Made by a program: the position numbers and the translations under genes. From assembly GCA_051881355.1 (NCBI GenBank), contig JBJEPS010000078.1, positions 34,475 through 98,474 of the forward strand: a DNA stretch of 64,000 nucleotides, written 5' to 3'. This document shows, piece after piece, positions 8,316-16,306 of the stretch. The notes under the pieces are model-generated. The model worked only from the letters and a program-made list of their open reading frames with translations. It was not told the DNA's origin and ran no database searches. The stretch is from Candidatus Fimenecus sp. Its GTDB lineage: Bacteria; Bacillota; Clostridia; Oscillospirales; Acutalibacteraceae. Position 1 is the first letter of the stretch. Each line of letters starts with the position of its first letter.

Positions 8316-9659
8316 TTATTCCCCGATTTCGGGGAAGCATACTGCGCGCAACGCGGTCAATGCCGTCAAAAAGGTATCGCTGTGCAGTCCCGAGCACGAA
8401 AGCAGTAAAGCTACCGTGCCGTTTTGCCCATGGTCGGTGCGCAGCAGAATCCCTGCCTGTTTTGCGCGCGCACGTACTTCGGCAGGAGAAAGGTCGGTCT
8501 GCAAATCGGCTTTGACCACAAAGCCTGTGTCGCCGATATGTGTTTGTACCGCATCTCCAAATACAGTTTTGACTGCCTGTTCCAATAAAAACGCTTTTTG
8601 CGCATAGAGCTTTCGCACCTTGCGAATTTGGCTTGCCAAATGTCCGTCTCGAATGAACTGACACAGCGCGATTTGCTCGGTTTTGGAGGCGGTTTGGCTG
8701 TACAGCGGCGCAATTTCGCGATAGCGCGGCAACAGTCGGTCGGGAAGCACCATAAAGCTCAAGCGAATGGACGGCAACAGCAATTTGGAAAATGTGCCGA
8801 GATAGACAACATTGTGTCCGCCGTCCAAGCCTTGCAGTGCGGGCGTTGGCTTGTCAAAATAGCCGAATTCATTGTCATAATCATCTTCGATGAGCAGCGT
8901 GCCGTGCGCGGCGGCTTGCTTTAACAGAGCAACACGCGCTTTGGCAGGCATCACATCGCCCCAGCGGTTCATATGCGAAGGGGAGGTATACAGCAGTTGT
9001 GCGTCCGTCTCGCTTGCAACCGTTTGAAAGCCGTGGTCTCGAAAAATCGCCTGTCCCTCGGCAAAGCTTTTGTCCTGAAAACAGATGGTACTGGGGGTCA
9101 GCATCGCGCACAGAATATGCAAAAGACTTTGTACCCCCGCGCCGATGACAATGTTTTCCGCTGTGGTGACCACATTGCGCTTTTGTGAAATATATTGAGA
9201 TACCGCTTCGCGCAAATCGGGTTCGCCCTGTACCGCGCCGTAAGACAGCAACCGTTCGTCTTGCCGGAGCGCACTTTTCAAATACCGCCGCCACAGGCTG
9301 AAATCAAAACTTTCTCGGTCAGCGGAAAGTGCGGAAAAATCATAGCGGATAGGGGGTGTGTCGTCCTTTTCGGGCGCAGCCTTTTTCTGTGGCTTATGAA
9401 AATACAAATCCGTTACATAATAGCCGCTTTGGGGCTTTGCAAGCACATACCCGTCGGCGCAAAGCTGAAAATATGCCGCCTCTGCCGTGGTGCGGCTGAC
9501 AGCGAAGTTTTCGGCACAGCGGCGCACGGAGGGTAGGCGCGTGTTCGGCGCAAGCTTGCCGTCCGTAATTAAATCCCGATAATAGGTATACACTTGCATA
9601 TATAAAGGTGTATTTGAGCGCAAAAGCGGAGAAAATGTCAAAATATCTTGCTTTTTCAT
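8316..9659 (-). CDS. pdxR: MocR/PdxR-family regulator (GntR wHTH fused to an aminotransferase-fold PLP domain)
   Basis: 447 aa. N-terminal GntR-type HTH (LPSVRRCAENFAVSRTTAEAAY). C-terminal AAT fold with a PLP lysine context (GTFSKLLLPSIRLSF). It is divergent from a vitamin B6 operon. Confidence 0.85.
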   Translation of the reverse strand: MKKQDILTFSPLLRSNTPLYMQVYTYYRDLITDGKLAPNTRLPSVRRCAENFAVSRTTAEAAYFQLCADGYVLAKPQSGYYVTDLYFHKPQKKAAPEKDDTPPIRYDFSALSADRESFDFSLWRRYLKSALRQDERLLSYGAVQGEPDLREAVSQYISQKRNVVTTAENIVIGAGVQSLLHILCAMLTPSTICFQDKSFAEGQAIFRDHGFQTVASETDAQLLYTSPSHMNRWGDVMPAKARVALLKQAAAHGTLLIEDDYDNEFGYFDKPTPALQGLDGGHNVVYLGTFSKLLLPSIRLSFMVLPDRLLPRYREIAPLYSQTASKTEQIALCQFIRDGHLASQIRKVRKLYAQKAFLLEQAVKTVFGDAVQTHIGDTGFVVKADLQTDLSPAEVRARAKQAGILLRTDHGQNGTVALLLSCSGLHSDTFLTALTALRAVCFPEIGE

Positions 9660-9688
9660 AAACTGTCCCCTAAAAAATTTACAAATTT

Positions 9689-9736
9689 GTGTATTTTCAT
9701 AATGTCAGCTTTGCTATATTATATACGAAAATACAC
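9689..9736. promoter_or_regulatory. 10-bp perfect inverted repeat in the pdxR/pdxK divergent region (candidate PdxR operator)
   Basis: GTGTATTTTC at 9689..9698 and GAAAATACAC at 9727..9736, separated by 28 nt. The pair brackets a TGCTATATT extended -10-like element. Confidence 0.4.
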
Positions 9737-9769
9737 GTATCTGCAAGTCCTGAAAAAGGGGGCGGTTGT

Positions 9770-10603
9770 TTGAAAAAAATTGCGGTTGTTAACGATATTT
9801 CAGGCTTTGGGCGATGCTCTATGACGGCGGCACTGCCGGTATTGTCTGTCCTCAAAACCGAATGCTGCCCGCTGCCGACGGCGATTTTGTCCAACCAAAC
9901 GGGCTATGACAGCTTTTACTGCGACGATTTTACCGACCGCATCGACCCGTATCTTGCCGAATGGCGCAAGCTCGGTGTGCGGTTTGACGGCATTTTGACA
10001 GGGTATCTCGCGTCGGCAAAGCAGGCGGACAAAATTTTGCGGTTTTTGGACGAATTCAAAACGGCAAATACTTTGTATGTTTGTGACCCTGTCATGGCAG
10101 ACGACGGTACGGTGTACGATACATATGACAGCGCACTGTGTGCGAAGATTGCGGAACTTGCGCGCCGTGCGAATGTCCTGACGCCCAACCTGACGGAGCT
10201 TTGTTTGCTGACAAATACTGATTTTGCGGCATTGCAAGCACAAAACGTCTGTGCAAATTATACGGAGCAAATCGCGCGCCTTGCCGCTTCCTTGCTTTCG
10301 AACACACTGCACACCGTCGTGGTAACGGGCGTTTGCGTGGGAGATGCAATTTACAATGTTGCTGTGCAACAAGACGGCTTTTCCGTTGTCAAAAGCAAGC
10401 GTTTCGGCGGGAGCTTTTCGGGCACGGGGGATTTGTTTTCGGCGGTGCTTGCGGGCAGTCTTGTCAACGGCGAGACGGTCGAACACGCCGTGCAAAAGGC
10501 GGTTCAATTTTTGGAAGCGTCTATCAAAGACAGCTTTACAGAGGGGACAAACCGCAACGACGGGGTAAATTATCAAAAATATTTGGAGATGTTATTGAAA
10601 TGA
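9770..10603 (+). CDS. pdxK: pyridoxal/pyridoxine/pyridoxamine kinase
   Basis: Ribokinase-like PdxK pattern (IAVVNDISGFGRCS..., ...GTGDLFSAVLAG). I prefer the TTG at 9770 (AAGGGGG 7 nt upstream) to the ORF-track start at 9689, which lies inside the promoter region. The start is uncertain. Confidence 0.8.
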   Translation: MKKIAVVNDISGFGRCSMTAALPVLSVLKTECCPLPTAILSNQTGYDSFYCDDFTDRIDPYLAEWRKLGVRFDGILTGYLASAKQADKILRFLDEFKTANTLYVCDPVMADDGTVYDTYDSALCAKIAELARRANVLTPNLTELCLLTNTDFAALQAQNVCANYTEQIARLAASLLSNTLHTVVVTGVCVGDAIYNVAVQQDGFSVVKSKRFGGSFSGTGDLFSAVLAGSLVNGETVEHAVQKAVQFLEASIKDSFTEGTNRNDGVNYQKYLEMLLK

Positions 10604-11139
10604 AAAAGTCAAACAGCACAAAACAACTGATCAATTTGGTGACGGCGGCGTTGTTTGCGGCGCTGATTGCCGTGATGACCGCGTATGTCAGCTTTAAAAC
10701 TGGTATTAACGACGGATATCTGCATTTCGGCGACAGTATGATTTACATTGCCGCGTGCGTTTTGCCCTTGCCTTACGCCTGTGCGGCGGCGGCAGTCGGC
10801 GGGTTTGTTGCCGATGTGTTAGCGGGTGCGGCTGTGTGGGCACCGTTTACAGCGGTGATTAAGGCGCTCAATGCTTTGCCGTTTGCGTTGGTGTATACCT
10901 TACACAAAACCCAAAGCCCCCAAAAAATCCTCAACAAAACCACGGCGTTTATGCCGATTGTTTCGGGGTTGATTACGATTTTCGGCTACTTTTTGGTCGA
11001 AGGGTTGTTATATACTTTCCCCTCGGCGGCGGTGTCGATGATTGCGAGCGTAGTGCAGGCGACGGGCAGTGCGGTGATTTATTATATTTTCGCTGCGGCG
11101 CTCGACAAAATGGATTTCAAAAAGAGAATTATGAAATAA
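10600..11139 (+). CDS. ECF-transporter S component; putative vitamin B6 (PdxU-type) specificity by context
   Basis: 179 aa with about six TM helices. The ATG at 10600 overlaps the pdxK stop (ATGA). The 268-aa ORF-track version is an out-of-context 5' extension across pdxK. Confidence 0.75.
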   Translation: MKKSNSTKQLINLVTAALFAALIAVMTAYVSFKTGINDGYLHFGDSMIYIAACVLPLPYACAAAAVGGFVADVLAGAAVWAPFTAVIKALNALPFALVYTLHKTQSPQKILNKTTAFMPIVSGLITIFGYFLVEGLLYTFPSAAVSMIASVVQATGSAVIYYIFAAALDKMDFKKRIMK

Positions 11140-11154
11140 AGGAGTACAAACAAT

Positions 11155-12030
11155 ATGGAAAACAGTAGATTTGAATTGAATAAAAATTTGGCGCAAATGC
11201 TCAAGGGCGGCGTCATTATGGACGTTACCACACCCGAACAGGCACGTATTGCCGAAGCGGCAGGCGCTTGCGCGGTCATGGCACTCGAACGCATTCCGGC
11301 AGACATTCGTGCGGCGGGCGGTGTTTCGAGAATGAGCGATCCGAAAATGATTAAGGGCATTCAGGAGGCAGTTTCCATTCCCGTTATGGCAAAATGCCGC
11401 ATCGGGCATTTCGCCGAGGCACAGATTTTACAGGCGATTGAAATTGATTATATCGATGAAAGCGAAGTGCTTTCCCCCGCGGACGATAAATACCATATTG
11501 ACAAAACCGCGTTTGATGTGCCGTTTGTCTGCGGTGCGAAAGACCTCGGCGAAGCACTGCGCCGTATCAACGAGGGCGCGGCAATGATTCGCACCAAAGG
11601 CGAGCCCGGCACGGGCGATGTGGTGCAGGCGGTGCGCCATATGCGTATGATGCAGTCCGAAATCCGCCGCATCGGCTCGATGTCCGAGGACGAACTGTTT
11701 GACGCGGCAAAGCAGCTGCAAGTGCCCTACGATTTGGTGCTGTATGTGCACGAAAACAAAAAACTGCCCGTGGTCAATTTCGCGGCGGGCGGCGTCGCAA
11801 CGCCTGCAGACGCAGCATTGATGATGCAGCTTGGCGCGGAGGGCGTGTTTGTCGGTTCGGGGATTTTCAAATCCGGCAATCCCGAAAAACGCGCGGCGGC
11901 AATCGTGCAGGCGGTCACCAACTTCACAGACGCCAAACTGCTGGCGGAACTGTCCGAGGATTTGGGTGAGGCGATGGTCGGCATCAATGAGTCGGAAATT
12001 CAACTGCTGATGGCGGAAAGAGGCAAATAA
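11155..12030 (+). CDS. pdxS: pyridoxal 5'-phosphate synthase, lyase subunit
   Basis: 291 aa. Highly conserved PdxS sequence ([13 protein letters not shown]..., [22 protein letters not shown]). AAGGAG RBS. Confidence 0.97.
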   Translation: MENSRFELNKNLAQMLKGGVIMDVTTPEQARIAEAAGACAVMALERIPADIRAAGGVSRMSDPKMIKGIQEAVSIPVMAKCRIGHFAEAQILQAIEIDYIDESEVLSPADDKYHIDKTAFDVPFVCGAKDLGEALRRINEGAAMIRTKGEPGTGDVVQAVRHMRMMQSEIRRIGSMSEDELFDAAKQLQVPYDLVLYVHENKKLPVVNFAAGGVATPADAALMMQLGAEGVFVGSGIFKSGNPEKRAAAIVQAVTNFTDAKLLAELSEDLGEAMVGINESEIQLLMAERGK

Positions 12031-12596
12031 TGCAGATTGCGGTTCTCGCCCTGCAAGGGGCATTTATTGAGCATGAGCAAATGCTCTCCCGCCTCGGCGT
12101 TTCTTCATTTGAAATCCGTCAAAAAAAGGATTTGGAACAGCCGTTTGACGGGCTGATTATTCCGGGCGGCGAAAGCACCGTACAGGGAAAGCTGTTGCGC
12201 GATTTAGGTTTGTTTGATACAATAAAAGAAAAAATTGAACACGGTCTGCCGGTTTTCGGCACTTGCGCGGGGCTGTTGCTGTTGGCGCAGTCGGTGGAGC
12301 ACGGCGAAACGCATTTTGCGACGATGGCGCTGTCCGCTGTACGCAACGCCTACGGCAGACAGCTCGGCAGTTTTCATACGGTTTCCACCTTTGCCGAACA
12401 CGAAAATGTGCCGATGACCTTTATTCGTGCGCCGTATATTGCGTCTGTGTCGGGAAATACGGAGATTTTGTCTGTGGTGGACGGGCATATTGTCGCCGCA
12501 CGCGACGGTAATCAGCTTGTCACGGCGTTCCACCCGGAGCTGACGGCGGATTTGACCGTACACCGTTATTTTTTGGATATGGTGCAAAAGGCTTGA
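12030..12596 (+). CDS. pdxT: pyridoxal 5'-phosphate synthase, glutaminase subunit
   Basis: 188 aa with a GATase triad context (GTCAGLLLL, FHPE). The start overlaps the pdxS stop (TAATG). Confidence 0.95.
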   Translation: MQIAVLALQGAFIEHEQMLSRLGVSSFEIRQKKDLEQPFDGLIIPGGESTVQGKLLRDLGLFDTIKEKIEHGLPVFGTCAGLLLLAQSVEHGETHFATMALSAVRNAYGRQLGSFHTVSTFAEHENVPMTFIRAPYIASVSGNTEILSVVDGHIVAARDGNQLVTAFHPELTADLTVHRYFLDMVQKA

Positions 12597-12628
12597 CTTT
12601 GCATATCTGACCGAAGGAGTGTTGTTTT

Positions 12629-13237
12629 GTGGCAGATATTGTTTATACCTTTGAAAATAAAATTTATATGAACATCACGAACGCGTGCCCGTGTCGCTGT
12701 AAGTTTTGCATTCGCAACAACGGCGATAGCGTGGGTGAGGCGGCAACGCTGTGGTTTACCAAGCATATGCCGTCTTTCGGGGAAATCAAAGATGCGATTG
12801 ACGCGTGGGATTTTTCGGGGTATACCGATGAAGTGGTGTTTTGCGGCTACGGCGAGCCGACTTGCGCATATGACAATTTACTGCAAGCGGCGGCATATCT
12901 GAAAGAAAAGGGCTTAAAACTGCGCTTAAACACCAACGGGCTGTCGGATTTGCTGAACAAAAAGCCGACGGCAAAGGAATTGTGCAAATACTTTGACACA
13001 ATTTCAATTTCGTTAAATGCGCCGACAGCGGAAAAATATAACGAGTTGTGCAAGCCGAGTTTCGGCGAAAAATCGTTCGACGCGCTGCTGCAATTCGCGC
13101 GCGACTGCAAGGAAACGGGTGTAAACTTAAAATTCTCGTTGGTCGATGTCATTTCCAAAGAGGATATCGCCGCGTGTAAAGACATTGCCGACAGCATGGG
13201 CATTCCGCTTCGCGTGCGCGAGTATATTGCAGATTGA
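12629..13237 (+). CDS. small radical SAM protein (TatD-associated type)
   Basis: 202 aa with CPCRCKFC (CxxxCxxC) near the N-terminus and a GYGEPT motif. GTG start with GAAGGAG 9 nt upstream. Confidence 0.8.
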   Translation: MADIVYTFENKIYMNITNACPCRCKFCIRNNGDSVGEAATLWFTKHMPSFGEIKDAIDAWDFSGYTDEVVFCGYGEPTCAYDNLLQAAAYLKEKGLKLRLNTNGLSDLLNKKPTAKELCKYFDTISISLNAPTAEKYNELCKPSFGEKSFDALLQFARDCKETGVNLKFSLVDVISKEDIAACKDIADSMGIPLRVREYIAD

Positions 13238-13251
13238 CGGCGCTGTATTTT

Positions 13252-13325
13252 TCGGAACGGTACGACCGTTCCCTACACGCACAGAATAATTTCTACGAGT
13301 AGGGCGGGGGCTTGCTCCCGCCGTA
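13252..13325. repeat. REP-like hairpins of the GTAGGG/CCCTAC family (locus R1)
   Basis: CGGAACGGT-acga-CCGTTCCCTAC and GTAGGGCGGGGG-cttg-CTCCCGCC. The same hairpin classes recur near 15712, 17176, 20713 and 22863. Confidence 0.75.
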
Positions 13326-13335
13326 TATTTAGAAT

Positions 13336-13422
13336 GTCATCCTGAGCGAATCGAAGGACCTCGGACACCAAATATATCTCTTATATCTTTTTACGATTCT
13401 TCGCCTGACGGCTTAGAATGAC
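13336..13422 (+). repeat. long two-stem palindromic repeat (type C), copy 1
   Basis: GTCATCCTGAGC-gaatc-GAAGGACCTC ... loop ... CGATTCTTCG-cctgacg-GCTTAGAATGAC, followed by AAACGG. The same architecture is found at 15623, 20759 and 23046. Confidence 0.8.
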
Positions 13423-13444
13423 AAACGGATACAAAATCCAGAGA

Positions 13445-13496
13445 AAACCGCCGCGGGGCAGACCTTTTTTGTTCGGTCTGCCCCGCGGCGGTTTGT
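13445..13496. terminator. bidirectional intrinsic terminator
   Basis: Perfect 17-bp stem CCGCCGCGGGGCAGACC/GGTCTGCCCCGCGGCGG, flanked by an A-run upstream and a T-rich tract downstream. It serves the plus-strand radical SAM gene and the minus-strand small gene. Confidence 0.85.
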
Positions 13497-13528
13497 GTGA
13501 TATAGAAAGATTTGGAAAAACAAATTCC

Positions 13529-13783
13529 TTATGCGACATGCGTCGTACTGTGCACACGCTTATGCTGTGTGGACGTACTGCCGCCGTCCACTACACGGAA
13601 ATCGCGGTTTTTCTGCATTTTGGCATAGCGTTTTTTGCGGCGATAGCGTCTGTAATTGACAAAGAGAATGCGCCACACCTTTTGCTCAAAGGCGATGACC
13701 TTATCTTCATGCGCAAAGCCGTAAATCAGCAAACAAATAAATGCAAGCTCCAAAAAGGATTTTAAAATCAAAGCGGTTGTCAT
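13529..13783 (-). CDS. small membrane protein (84 aa), function unknown; candidate SOS-regulated gene
   Basis: MTTALILKSFLELAFICLLIYGF... has one N-terminal TM helix and then a very basic segment (YRRYRRKKRYAKMQKNR). GGAGG sits 7 nt upstream of the ATG at 13783. The ATG at 13789 is only 1 nt from the RBS. The gene has its own consensus promoter and a strong terminator. Confidence 0.6.
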   Translation of the reverse strand: MTTALILKSFLELAFICLLIYGFAHEDKVIAFEQKVWRILFVNYRRYRRKKRYAKMQKNRDFRVVDGGSTSTQHKRVHSTTHVA

Positions 13784-13804
13784 AGCCATACCTCCGAACG
13801 AAAT

Positions 13805-13818
13805 CGAACATTTGTTTT
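13805..13818. promoter_or_regulatory. LexA (Cheo)-like box B, in the 5' leader of the small membrane-protein gene
   Basis: CGAACATTTGTTTT on the plus strand. It shares the 11-nt core CGAACATTTGT with the box at recA (32289..32302). Confidence 0.5.
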
Positions 13819-13833
13819 CTTTGTTGTACCCTC

Positions 13834-13861
13834 ATTATAACAGGTATTTTTTGTTTGTCAA
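13834..13861 (-). promoter_or_regulatory. near-consensus sigma-A promoter of the small membrane-protein gene
   Basis: The minus strand reads TTGACA, a 16-nt spacer, then TGtTATAAT (extended -10). Confidence 0.65.
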
Positions 13862-13873
13862 GACAAATGTTCG
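13860..13873. promoter_or_regulatory. LexA (Cheo)-like box A, abutting the -35 element
   Basis: The minus strand reads CGAACATTTGTCTT and overlaps the TTGACA -35 by 2 nt. It carries the same 11-nt core as the recA box. Confidence 0.5.
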
Positions 13874-14164
13874 AATTTTTTTGAAGCAAAGTCCCAAAAA
13901 ACGGACTTTTCCGAACTTTCTTGGAAAAATTTTTCTTGCTGTAAAGATAATAGCACAATATATTGTGGTTGTCAATGAATAAATACACAATCGAACCGAA
14001 CGAACAAAACTTTAAAAATAAGAAAAAATCGAACAAAATTGCCGAAAAACGGTGAAATCGATTTTTTTCAAAAAGCTATTTATCTTTTTTCTGCTTTTTG
14101 CTATAATACTACTAATTATGAACAGAATAAAAGAAAACCTTTGGAAAGAATAGGGAATCAGAAT

Positions 14165-15436
14165 ATGTTTGTCGATATTGCAAAAATTAAAATTAAGGCA
14201 GGCAACGGCGGCGACGGTGCGGTGGCGTTTCATCGGGAAAAATATGTCGCGTCCGGCGGTCCGGACGGCGGCGACGGCGGGCGCGGCGGCAATATTGTGT
14301 TTCAGGTGGATGACAGCCTTTCCACCCTTGCCGATTTTCGCTACAAACGCAAATATAAAGCCGAAAACGGGCAAAACGGGCGCGGCGCCCGCTGCAACGG
14401 CAAAAAAGGGCAGGATTTAATTATTCGCGTGCCGCGCGGTACGATTATTCGTGAAGTGGAAAGCGGCGCGGTGCTGGCGGATATGTCCGGAAGTGAACCG
14501 TTTGTTGCTGCAAAGGGCGGTAAAGGCGGCTGGGGTAACTGCCATTTTGCCACCTCTACACGCCAAACCCCGCGCTTTGCCAAAAGCGGCGCGCCGGGCG
14601 AGGAATGGGAGGTTTCTCTCGAATTAAAACTCATTGCCGATGTAGGGCTGTTGGGCTTTCCGAATGTCGGCAAATCCTCTTTAATTTCCGTCGTGAGCGA
14701 GGCAAAGCCGATTGTCGGCGATTACCACTTTACCACGATTACCCACGTTTTGGGTGTGGTGTCGATGGGTCCTGAGCAGAGCTTTGTGATGGCGGATATC
14801 CCCGGGCTTATTGAGGGCGCGGCGGAGGGCGTTGGCTTAGGGCATGAATTTTTGCGCCATGTTGAGCGTTGCCGTATGCTTGTGCATGTGGTCGATGTTG
14901 CAGGCAGTGAGGGGCGCGACCCGATTGAAGATTTTGAAAAAATCAACGAAGAATTGGTCAAATTCAATCCAGAGCTTGCCAAATGCCCACAAATCGTCGC
15001 AGGCAACAAAATTGATTTGGCGGACGATGCACAGCTCGAACGCTTCCGAAACTATATCGAAAGCAAGGGCTTGGAATATTACGAAATCGTCGCACCGATA
15101 AAGCACGGCACAAAAGAACTGATTAACGCCGTGGCGGCGAAGCTCCAAACTCTGCCGCCTGTCAAACGATACGAAAGTGAAGAAATCCCGCAGGAATTCT
15201 TTGAAAAGAAACAGAAAGACGGCTTTACAATCACCGTCGAGGACGGCGTGTATATCGTCGAAGCCGAATGGCTGTATCGTATTCTTTGCAAAACCGATTT
15301 GGACGATTATTCCTCGTTGCAATATTTCCAAACGGTCTTACAAACCAGCGGTATTTTAGATGCACTGCGTGAAAAGGGGATTGAAGAGGGAGACACCGTA
15401 AGTATCTATGACCTCGAATTCGACTATGTCCCCTAA
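14165..15436 (+). CDS. obg: GTPase Obg/CgtA
   Basis: MFVDIAKIKIKAGNGGDGAVAFHREKY... (glycine-rich Obg fold). G domain GFPNVGKSSL, DIPGLIEGA, NKID. C-terminal OCT domain. The ATG at 14165 is chosen over the ORF-track start at 14039. Confidence 0.95.
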   Translation: MFVDIAKIKIKAGNGGDGAVAFHREKYVASGGPDGGDGGRGGNIVFQVDDSLSTLADFRYKRKYKAENGQNGRGARCNGKKGQDLIIRVPRGTIIREVESGAVLADMSGSEPFVAAKGGKGGWGNCHFATSTRQTPRFAKSGAPGEEWEVSLELKLIADVGLLGFPNVGKSSLISVVSEAKPIVGDYHFTTITHVLGVVSMGPEQSFVMADIPGLIEGAAEGVGLGHEFLRHVERCRMLVHVVDVAGSEGRDPIEDFEKINEELVKFNPELAKCPQIVAGNKIDLADDAQLERFRNYIESKGLEYYEIVAPIKHGTKELINAVAAKLQTLPPVKRYESEEIPQEFFEKKQKDGFTITVEDGVYIVEAEWLYRILCKTDLDDYSSLQYFQTVLQTSGILDALREKGIEEGDTVSIYDLEFDYVP

Positions 15437-15622
15437 TTTCGACGTCTTTTGGCGCGGAACTGCGTTGAACGGGCTTGGAATATCTGCATATGCCTGCGCC
15501 CATTCGCCTTGTTTCGCACCAAAATCCACTCGAAATGCTTTGCAGTCTTTTTCCGTCATTTTTGCGCTTTGCCGTTTCGCAGTAGTTGCATACAGCTCGG
15601 GCGACAAAACGCAATAAAAACA

Positions 15623-15703
15623 GTCATCCTGAGCGTAGCGAAGGATCTCGTATTTAAGTGGATTGTATCTGCAAGAGATTCTTTGGCTTCGCCTTAGAAT
15701 GAC
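15623..15703 (+). repeat. type C two-stem palindromic repeat, copy 2
   Basis: GTCATCCTGAGC-gtagc-GAAGGATCTCG ... GAGATTCTTTG-gcttcgc-CTTAGAATGAC, followed by AAACGGG. Confidence 0.8.
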
Positions 15704-15711
15704 AAACGGGC

Positions 15712-15786
15712 GGGCGAACATAGTTCGCCCCTACAACTACGCACGATTTGTAATGTGTGCGCGTAGGGAACGGGCTTGCCCGTTCC
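15712..15786. repeat. REP-like GTAGGG/CCCTAC hairpins (locus R2)
   Basis: GGGCGAAC-ata-GTTCGCCCCTAC ... CTACGCAC/GTGCGCGTAG ... GTAGGGAACGGG-cttg-CCCGTTCC. Confidence 0.75.
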
Positions 15787-15871
15787 GCAATATTATATCC
15801 GATTTCATCGGGCGACCGGTGAATTGTCCTTACCTGCAATCCGATATAAAAAATGAAATGGAGTTGTTCTT

Positions 15872-16306
15872 TTGACCGAACCCGTTTTTCCCGTGCAAAA
15901 TCCCAATACATACAGCCCTTTGGCGCTCGCATTTTTGGGCGACGCGGTATACGGGCTGTTGGTGCGCGAGCATCTGTTGCTGTCAGCCAATCGCCCTGCG
16001 GGGCAGTTACATACCCTTTCGGTGCAATCGGTCAATGCCCGCGCGCAGGCGCAGGCGGCGCAGGTGATTTTGCCGCAGCTGACAGAGGAAGAACTGGCAG
16101 TATACAAACGCGGCAGAAACGCCCACCCGGGGCACACACCGAAGCATCAGTCGGAGGGGGACTATCACGCCGCCACGGGGTTGGAGTCGCTGTTCGGTTG
16201 GTTGTATCTGCAAAATCGGCAAGACCGTCTGCGTGCGCTGTTTGATAGCATTCTGCACGCGGAGGCTGGGGCGCTTGAACAGGAAAACGGAGAAAAAAGA
16301 GAATAA
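15872..16306 (+). CDS. mrnC: mini-ribonuclease III
   Basis: 144 aa with YSPLALAFLGDAVYGLLVREHLL (RNase III signature context). TTG start with GGAG 7 nt upstream. Confidence 0.85.
   Translation: MTEPVFPVQNPNTYSPLALAFLGDAVYGLLVREHLLLSANRPAGQLHTLSVQSVNARAQAQAAQVILPQLTEEELAVYKRGRNAHPGHTPKHQSEGDYHAATGLESLFGWLYLQNRQDRLRALFDSILHAEAGALEQENGEKRE

Noticed and set aside
9800-10576. 258-aa ORF antisense to pdxK, and the 268-aa plus-strand ORF starting at 10333
   Set aside because: The first is an antisense artefact. The second is the S-component gene with a spurious 5' extension in another frame of pdxK. The real start is the ATG at 10600, coupled to the pdxK stop.
13418-14036. ORFs at 13418..13765 (+) and 13707..14036 (-) around the small membrane-protein gene
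   Set aside because: The plus-strand ORF runs through the bidirectional terminator and is antisense to a gene with good signals. The minus-strand ORF is an AT-rich low-complexity frame spanning the promoter and operator region.
15231-15721. Minus-strand ORFs (127 aa and 121 aa) downstream of obg that overlap its 3' end
   Set aside because: They have no RBS, overlap the obg coding end by ~80-200 nt, and run into the repeat elements. One frame (…CNYCETAKRK…/…EWAQAYADI…) could be a relic of a decayed gene, but I cannot support that from sequence alone.
15712-15734. REP hairpins containing CGAAC-ata-GTTCG (here) and CGAAC-tgt-GTTCG (22975..22987), considered as additional LexA boxes
   Set aside because: The spacing is N3, not the N4 of the Cheo box. 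The motif is just the GC-rich stem of a repeat hairpin, so these sites were not counted as SOS operators.
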